Positions 57,248 through 64,000 of a DNA stretch of 64,000 nucleotides are shown here, in pieces (the first letter of the stretch is position 1; every line of letters starts with the position of its first letter). Under the pieces are notes generated by a model. The model searched no databases. It was not told the DNA's origin and saw only the letters and a program-made list of their open reading frames with translations. This DNA is from an uncultured candidate division Zixibacteria bacterium (GTDB taxonomy: Bacteria; Zixibacteria; MSB-5A5; GN15; FEB-12): the NCBI GenBank assembly GCA_963707365.1, contig CAVPPI010000001.1, positions 121,326 to 185,325 on the forward strand, written 5' to 3'. Made by a program: the position numbers and the translations under genes.

Positions 57248-58433
57248 TTATTCCCTCCCCGCAACGAGCGGAGTAGATGCCAGCAGACGTTTCACAATAT
57301 ATATGAACACGCCGGTCAGCAGAAGATTCAAGGCCAGCGATAGAGCTGCCACCGTCACAATCTGGCCTCCAATGCCGTAACTGAGCGAAATAATGAGCAC
57401 TCCCGCTCCTACTTCTCCGCGCGGCCACATGCCCACGCAGATGGCCAGTCGCTCCTTCCAGTGTGCCTCCTTCCGATAGACGAACAGCGGAAACATCTTG
57501 CCAAGATTCGCGAGGACCGTGATTAGCAGCACATGCACAGCAATCCACTGCCAGCTCCCGCCGCCAAGTACGATAGGCGGCATGGCCAGCCCGACAAACA
57601 CCATGAACGCGCCGGATATCACAGTGGAGACTTTTTGCTCCTGCGGGCTCTCCGGACCCTCCTGGTGGCCGTCGCGCGTATCATCGACGTGCGGGTCCTG
57701 CCCCCGTGGACGAGCCAGCATACAGCCAAGAACAAAAGCCGGCAACAGAACTTCAATATGAATCGGCACGACATCATCAAACATCTTGCTGAATCTGTAT
57801 ATGACCTCGGAGACAAGCGCAATAGCCGCAGCATAGCCGAGCACCCAGGGCCAGCTGATCGGGATGCGGAATTTGTGCAGATACTTCCAGGCCAGCCACA
57901 AGAAGAATGACCATGACAGCAATTATGGCACCGAGTTGCCAGCGAAGGCCCACAATGAGCATCTTCAGAGGTATCATCAACAAAACCGTGTCGAGATCAT
58001 CGAAAATAGCCAGCACTCTAATCTTTCGAAAGAACCAGGTTGCCGAGAGTCCGGCAGCCGCCAGCATGGAAAACAAAACGCCGGCAGAGGTCGGCGCCGC
58101 AAACCGGCCGGCCAGAAGAGCCTCTTTCCAGACGGAAAAATCACCCCACACGTCGGTCGGGTACATGAAAAACACGAAGTACATGGAACAGAAAATCCAC
58201 GGGAACGCAGCTGCCGTTGCCGCTACACCATAATCGACAGCGTATCCCTTCAGACGCGTCTTGTCGATTTCAAACTCATATCCCACGTGAATCATTATAA
58301 AGCCCAGAATCCACATGGTCAGGATTCGAATTGTCTCCCGTGACGCGGGGGCATATGAACCGAAGATATCCAGATACTGTGATGCTATCAGTCCCGCAAT
58401 GAGGAGTACTGAGAACAGAAAAACTTTACGCAT
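57248..58433 (-). pseudogene. cation:proton antiporter (Na+/H+ exchanger family); one frameshift as assembled
   Basis: ORFs 57777..58433 and 57248..57922 join as ...RWQLGAIIAVMVI / FFLWLAWKYLHKFRIPISWPWVLGY... near 57900. About 11 to 12 TM helices. Confidence 0.75.
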
Positions 58434-58438
58434 TGTAT

Positions 58439-59488
58439 TTACCTCATCCAGACAGAAGATATTAAACCATCAGGTACATGGTATTTCACGGTGAGTGTCA
58501 CCACGTAAATAACATACATAGCCACGAGAACGGCTCCCTCGGCCTTCGATACGCGTCGTCCCGAAAGAGCAAGAGGTACACAGGCAATTGTCGCACCAAC
58601 CATCACCGGAATGTCAAACGATAGCGCCATCGGGGAAACATGAAGTCCATCACCCATGAGTGCCGCCATCACCGGCAACACCACGAGCAGATTGAATATA
58701 CAGCTGCCAAAAATGTTGCCTATGGCAATACCCTTTTCTCCTCTGCGGACGGCCACCAGCGAAGTGACCAGTTCCGGTAGCGATGTTCCGAAAGCTATCA
58801 GCGTGAGGCCAATAGCCAGTTCGCTCATGCCCAGACCCCGGGCAAAACCGCTCGCGCCCGCTACCACCCAGTGAGCCCCAAAGCCGAGTGCTGCCACACC
58901 GGTTATCAACAACGCTATTTCCAAGGCGATTCGCTGCGGGGTGTGTTTGATGTTGCTCGATTGTCCGGTGCTCTTGCCCGATGCGTCCGATTCGGGTTCT
59001 CTTTTCGCCGTGAGGAAATTTGCAAGCACGTAGAGAACCGCCGCGAAAAGAAGCAACCCGGCTTCAAAATGGCTAATTCGATGGTCGCACACCAGAAAAA
59101 AAGTGACGACGGTGGCGAAAATCATTAGGGGGATGTCAAATCTCAGCGATCTTTTCTCGATTGCCGGTGAGGAAAAGAAGGCCACAAGGCCCAACACGAA
59201 AAGTATGTTAAATATATTGCTGCCGACGACATTTCCCAGCCCGGCGTCAACCCTACCCTCCAGTGCGCCAACCGCCCCGACAGCCAACTCGGGAGCACTG
59301 GTACCCAGTGATACAATAGTCAGCCCGATGACCAGTGATGACAATCCGACAGCGGCAGCCAGACGCGAGGCGCTTCTTACCAGTAACTCTCCTCCGCCAA
59401 CCAGGACAGCCAGACCAATTAGAAAGTATAGTATGTCGTTGATCACTATCTCGTACAGCCCTAATACTATTTCCACTAAAACAAACAA
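58439..59488 (-). CDS. Ca2+/Na+ (CaCA family, YrbG-like) antiporter
   Basis: Two alpha-repeats are present: GTSAPELAV...GNVVGSNIFNILFVLG and GTSLPELVTS...GNIFGSCIFNLLVV. Confidence 0.85.
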   Translation of the reverse strand: MFVLVEIVLGLYEIVINDILYFLIGLAVLVGGGELLVRSASRLAAAVGLSSLVIGLTIVSLGTSAPELAVGAVGALEGRVDAGLGNVVGSNIFNILFVLGLVAFFSSPAIEKRSLRFDIPLMIFATVVTFFLVCDHRISHFEAGLLLFAAVLYVLANFLTAKREPESDASGKSTGQSSNIKHTPQRIALEIALLITGVAALGFGAHWVVAGASGFARGLGMSELAIGLTLIAFGTSLPELVTSLVAVRRGEKGIAIGNIFGSCIFNLLVVLPVMAALMGDGLHVSPMALSFDIPVMVGATIACVPLALSGRRVSKAEGAVLVAMYVIYVVTLTVKYHVPDGLISSVWMR

Positions 59489-59707
59489 ATATATAAAAGG
59501 TGCCTCGAATTATCAACGTTTCAGACAAGTTCGTCGGCCAAGTCCATGTACGGACCGACCATTCCGACAGAGCAGGCTACCGGATTGTGCTCGTCCGAGG
59601 GGTTCCGGAACCTTCTCTTCTCCGGGCGGTTTAACAGTCATTATACTTCTTGTGCCGGGCCGGTCTCGAAGTTATAATTCGGCTTTAACCGCTCTCAATG
59701 AGGTTAC

Positions 59708-61069
59708 ATGAAACGACCACGCGCGATCTTTGGACACTTTTCCGCCACGACTGTTTTTATGCTTTTCCTTGCCCTCTATTTTGTCTTGACCGGATGTTCC
59801 GGTGATGGGAATAACGGCGCCAGACGAAACAATGAAAGACTGATTCCGGCGGTAGAGGCGGTACAGGCCCGATATGGCAGTCTTCCCCTGACGGAACGTT
59901 TGAGCGGTTTGGTCAAAGCCAAAAATCAGGTCGTATTGTATCCTCAAATAAGCGCTACAGTTGCCCAGGTGTATGTTGAGAATGGTCAGTTGGTGAAATT
60001 CGGGCAGCCACTGGTGCGGCTGCGCGATACGGAGTATCGCGAACTGCTCAAGCAGGCTGAAGCGAATTTTCAGATTGCCACCGCTCAGGCCAAACAGGCC
60101 GAGGCCGAGTGGAAACGACTTCAGACTGAACTCACTCGCAGCACCAGCCTTGCGGAAAACGACCTTATCAGTCCGACCGAATTTGAAAATATACAAACAC
60201 AGGCAATAGCCGCCGAGGCCTCCGCCGAATTGGCACGGGCGAGAGTCCAGCAAGCGCAGGCAACAGTTGATCAGCGAAAAGAAGAATTGTCGCGCACTGT
60301 CATTACGGCGCCGGTTGACGGTACTGTGGGCAATCGCTACGCCGAGGTCGGCCAACTGGTCACCCCGGGAACCAAACTGTTTACGCTGGGACAACTCGAT
60401 TCTCTGCGTGTCGAAGTAGTCCTGTCCGACCGCATGCTTTCGTACATAAAAGAAGGCCAGCGGTCCGAGATTTTCTCGCAAGCTCTCCCGCCCGGCTCTG
60501 TTGCTGCTCCGGTGGTGCGAATTTCCCCGTTTTTGCACCCGGTCACGCACAGTACCACTGCCGAAATTGATCTGACCAACCCCGGAGGAGTTCTGAAACC
60601 CGGTATGTTTGTCACGGTCGATATTTTCTATGGCGAAAGCGAGCAGGCCACTTTGATTCCGCTCAGCGCCGTCTGGGAAAACCCTGCTACCGCGAGTGTC
60701 GGTGTGTTCGTCAGCCGCGACTCGCTCACTGGCGAGCCGGTGGCGATGCTCGATGGTCCACGCGGCGGCTCCTTGACCGCTCCCGTAATGTTTCAGTTTG
60801 TACCGATCGAAGTGGTCGCCAACGGCAGGATGAACGCCGGCGTGCGAGGACTCGAACCGGGCAGCTGGGTGGTGACTATCGGCCAGGAACTGCTCGGCGC
60901 CGATACCGGACAGGCACGGGTGCGTCCGGTCAGTTGGGACTGGGTCGAAAAATTACAGCAGCTGCAGCGCGAAGACCTCTTGCAGGAAGTCCTGCAACGC
61001 CAACAGTCCGACACCCTCGATTCTTCTCTGATCGGCACGTTACCGACTGGTGGTAAGGATGTCTCATGA
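59708..61069 (+). CDS. efflux RND transporter periplasmic adaptor (membrane fusion protein), lipoprotein
   Basis: Lipobox FVLTGCS. The protein has an HlyD-like coiled-coil hairpin (EANFQIATAQAKQAEAEWKRLQ...ARARVQQAQATVDQRKEEL), ITAPVDGTV and a beta-barrel region. Its stop overlaps the permease start (ATGA). Confidence 0.85.
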   Translation: MKRPRAIFGHFSATTVFMLFLALYFVLTGCSGDGNNGARRNNERLIPAVEAVQARYGSLPLTERLSGLVKAKNQVVLYPQISATVAQVYVENGQLVKFGQPLVRLRDTEYRELLKQAEANFQIATAQAKQAEAEWKRLQTELTRSTSLAENDLISPTEFENIQTQAIAAEASAELARARVQQAQATVDQRKEELSRTVITAPVDGTVGNRYAEVGQLVTPGTKLFTLGQLDSLRVEVVLSDRMLSYIKEGQRSEIFSQALPPGSVAAPVVRISPFLHPVTHSTTAEIDLTNPGGVLKPGMFVTVDIFYGESEQATLIPLSAVWENPATASVGVFVSRDSLTGEPVAMLDGPRGGSLTAPVMFQFVPIEVVANGRMNAGVRGLEPGSWVVTIGQELLGADTGQARVRPVSWDWVEKLQQLQREDLLQEVLQRQQSDTLDSSLIGTLPTGGKDVS

Positions 61070-64000
61070 ACATTACCGGAACCGCCGTCAAACGCCCCAT
61101 CGCCACCACTATGGTGTTTCTCATCATCATCGTGCTCGGCGCGATGGGATTCAGGTTTCTGCCGGTCGACCTTCTGCCGCCGATTGAGTACCCGCTTCTA
61201 AGTATCTCGACTACCTATCCCAATGTCGGCCCGGAAGAAATAGAAACGATTATCACCGACCGCGTTGAAAACGCTGTGGCCAGTGTGCCCGGCCTTACCG
61301 AAGTACGCTCGAATTCTGAAGAAGGTCGCAGTCGGGTAACGCTCGAGTTTGCGCAGGGGACCAATATCGACGAGGCGGCCAACGATGTACGCGCTGCTCT
61401 GGACCGCATTCGCGATGATCTCCCGCCCGAAGTCGAATCGCCGCGCCTGTGGAAATTCGACCCCGACAATTTCCCCGTGGTTATCATGGGAGCGCACTCC
61501 GACCGCCCCATGGACGAATTGACGCTCATCCTCGAACGCGAAATTGCCCAGCGCTTCGAACAAATTCCGGGAGTAGGTTCAATCGATGTCTGGGGCGGCC
61601 TTTATCGAGAGATACAGGTCCAGCTAAAACGTGACCGCCTCGCTTCCAGCCTTCTCTCGGCAGCCGAAGTCCGCGCCGCCCTGCAGCGCGAAAATGTTAC
61701 CCTTCCCGGTGGCGATATGCGCGAGGGTATCAGCGATATGTATGTCCGCACCACAGGAGAGTACAAGTCACTCGATGAAATAGCTTCGACAATAATAACA
61801 GTAGTCGATGGCTACCCGATTCGGGTGCGCGATGTCGCTGAAGTTGTCGATGGCTACGAGGATATCAACCGCATCGTGCAGATCGATGGCCAGCCGATGG
61901 TCAGGCTCGGAATTCGCAAGCAATCCGGAGCGAATACAGTCGAGGTTGCCCGGCAGGTGCGGGAAGTCATGGAACAGATCGACCGCGAACGGGACGATCT
62001 CAGCTTGATGTTGGTCATTGACCAGAGTGACTTTATCCAAAATTCAATAGACAACGTCAGTCAGTCGGCCTTTTTCGGTGGACTCCTGGCAATCTTCATA
62101 CTCTATCTATTTTTGCGAAACGGCTCGACCACGTTTATCATCGCACTGTCAATCCCGATTTCCATTATCGCCACGTTCGGACTGCTGTATTTCAACGGTC
62201 TGACGCTCAACCAGATGAGTTTCGGCGGGCTGGCGCTGGGGATTGGGCTGATTGTCGACAATGCCATTGTCGTGCTGGAAAATATCGTTCGCCTGCGGGA
62301 GAACCGTCACGAACCGCAGGAAAGCGCCCTCACCGGCGCCAAACAGGTAACCGGCGCTATCGTGGCATCGACTCTCACTACCTCGGTGATCTTTCTGCCG
62401 GTGATTTTCATGCAGACCATCTCCGGTATGCTCTTCAAAGAACTGGCGCTCGTGGTGGTGTTTGCTCTCCTATGCTCTTTGCTGGTTGCCCTCACACTGG
62501 TGCCGATGCTCGCCAGCCGGTATCTGACAGTTCAGCCCAAAGATGAACAGGATGCCGACCGTCCGCACAAGGGAAGATGGGTTGAGCATCTCGAAAATCG
62601 TTATGCCAACCTCCTCGATAAGGCGATGCATCATAAAAAGATCGTCTTCGGCATCACCGCCCTGCTGTTGATTGCTACGCTGCTTATGTGGCCGTTGTTG
62701 CCGGTTGAATTAGCGCCGCAAACCGATGCCGATGAAATCAGCATTGACCTGTTGATGGCGCAGGGTACGAACATCGCCGTGGTTAATCGGTACCTCGGTG
62801 AGCTTGAAACAATAGTGCGCGACATCGCACCCATGGATCAAATCCGTCATATCACGACCCAGATTCGCCTGGGCAACGCCGAGGTGGAAATCTCTCTAAA
62901 GAGCGCAGGCGAACGCACTGTCAGCAGTTTCGTCTGGCTGACCGCATTCGGCGCGAGGTCTCGGGAAAGATTCCGGGTGCCGATATTCGTGTGTCGGCGC
63001 AGTCGGGGTTGTGGATGTTGCGGCGGTTGTTTGGATCCGGTGGGGCTGAGGCGGTGCAGATCGAGTTGCGCGGCTACGATCTGGCCCTGGCCGACCGCAT
63101 CGCAAGTGATATCAAACAGACCGTGGAACGCGTCTCCGAAGTAGCCGATGTTCGCATCAGCCGGCGAGAGGGAAGACCGGAACAGAATCTGGTTATCGAT
63201 CGCGAGAAAATTGCCGATCTGGGCCTGTCTGTAAGCCAGATAGCACAGGTAATCCAGACTAACGTTGGCGGAAGTCGCGCCGGAGTATTCCGCGAGGGAG
63301 GCGAAGAATATCCTATCACGGTTCGCCTGCAGCCGAAAGACCGTCTGACTCCCAATGACCTCAGCAACGTTAGTGTTCGAACCGCTGCCGGCGATATCGT
63401 ACCGGTCTCAGCGGTGGTGCAGGCCGACCGACGGCGCAGCCCGACCGAGATCCAGCGCATCGACGGACAACGAGTGACCTACATCACCGCCAATCTCGAA
63501 AGTGGCGCCGCCCTCGGCGATGTTGTCGAAAAACTTCAGAACGCCCTGCGCTCGACTGCTCTGCCCGAAGGATTCTCTATCGTGTTTGGCGGTGAATACG
63601 AGGAACAGCAAAAGGCCCAGACCGATTTCTTCATATCTCTTCTCATGGCCATCGGACTCATCTATATGGTGATGGCAGCCCAGTTCGAGCGATTCCTCGA
63701 TCCCCTCATCGTCATGGTCGCCGTGCCGCTGGCTATCATCGGTGTCGTTCCCACGCTGCTGCTGACCGGCACGACCCTCAACATACAGAGTCTGATGGGC
63801 ATCATCATGCTCATGGGCATTGTCGTGAACAACGCTATTGTGCTGGTTGATTATATCAATTTGATGCGTCGGGAGAACGGCCTCGATGTTACCGACGCCG
63901 TGATGCAGTCCGCTCGGCGACGCCTGCGGCCCATCCTCATGACCACCAGCACCACCGTGCTCGGAATGCTTCCGTTAGCTTTTGTACTGGGAGCGGGCGG
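61066..64000 (+). pseudogene. AcrB/HAE1-type RND efflux permease; one frameshift as assembled; 3' end beyond right window edge
   Basis: ORF 61066..63144 starts MNITGTAVKRPIATTMVFLIIIVLGAMGF. After ...KSAGERTVSSFV the frame degenerates. The +1 frame from about 62932 reads ADRIRREVSGKIPGADIRVSAQSGLWMLRRLFGSGGAEAVQIELRGYDL... and continues in that frame to base 64000 (...ILMTTSTTVLGMLPLAFVLGAG). Confidence 0.85.

Noticed and set aside
1-64000. CRISPR arrays, mobile elements, integrases, toxin-antitoxin or known defence-system genes.
   Set aside because: Reading both strands, I found no regularly spaced direct repeats, no transposase or integrase-like ORFs, and no nuclease/ATPase/helicase combinations. 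The only DNA-level tandem repeat is the 57-nt coding repeat at 40365..40475. A computational repeat search could still find what my eye missed.

Overview
This is a 64-kb chromosomal stretch with no rRNA, tRNA, CRISPR array, transposase or integrase that I could find. Gene content suggests an uncultivated FCB-group-like bacterium, though that placement is an inference. The evidence is NYPNPFNP-type T9SS/FlgD-Ig C-terminal sorting domains, a FISUMP-domain protein, a TonB-dependent receptor and a CBM9/DUF5916-type protein, combined with strong AGGAG ribosome-binding sites. I can support about 50 protein genes:

- **Signalling and regulation:** a large PAS/GAF signalling protein that runs off the left edge; an ECF sigma / anti-sigma pair; an XRE-HTH plus membrane-protein pair; an RRM RNA-binding protein.
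- **Redox and hydrolases:** a tandem pair of Tat-signal aldo/keto-reductase-ferredoxin fusions; a secreted 12-ankyrin-repeat/MBL-fold fusion; a signal-peptide beta-carbonic anhydrase.
- **Peptidases and pilins:** two separate active+inactive M16 peptidase pairs; two orphan pilin-like genes.
- **Transport:** a TonB-receptor operon; a TolC-CusB-(His-rich HMBD)-CusA metal-efflux operon led by a small Cys-rich protein; two cation antiporters; a second RND pump (adaptor + permease) that runs off the right edge.

**Main caveat.** At least 14 unrelated genes are interrupted by roughly two dozen single-base frame shifts plus one in-frame TAA. Several of those I examined base by base sit in short homopolymers. 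I read this as consensus error in the assembly rather than real decay. I give reconstructed full-length spans (typed pseudogene, as sequenced) and list the fragment ORFs in the evidence.

**Novel systems.** I did not find a clear-cut novel defence or mobile system. The most interesting candidates are:

- an anti-sigma factor carrying a T9SS sorting domain;
- the Tat-exported AKR pair, in which one copy has lost the catalytic tetrad but kept its Fe-S cysteines;
- a signal-peptidase-I homologue with His in place of the catalytic Lys;
- the ankyrin-MBL fusion;
- the accessory proteins of the metal-efflux operon.
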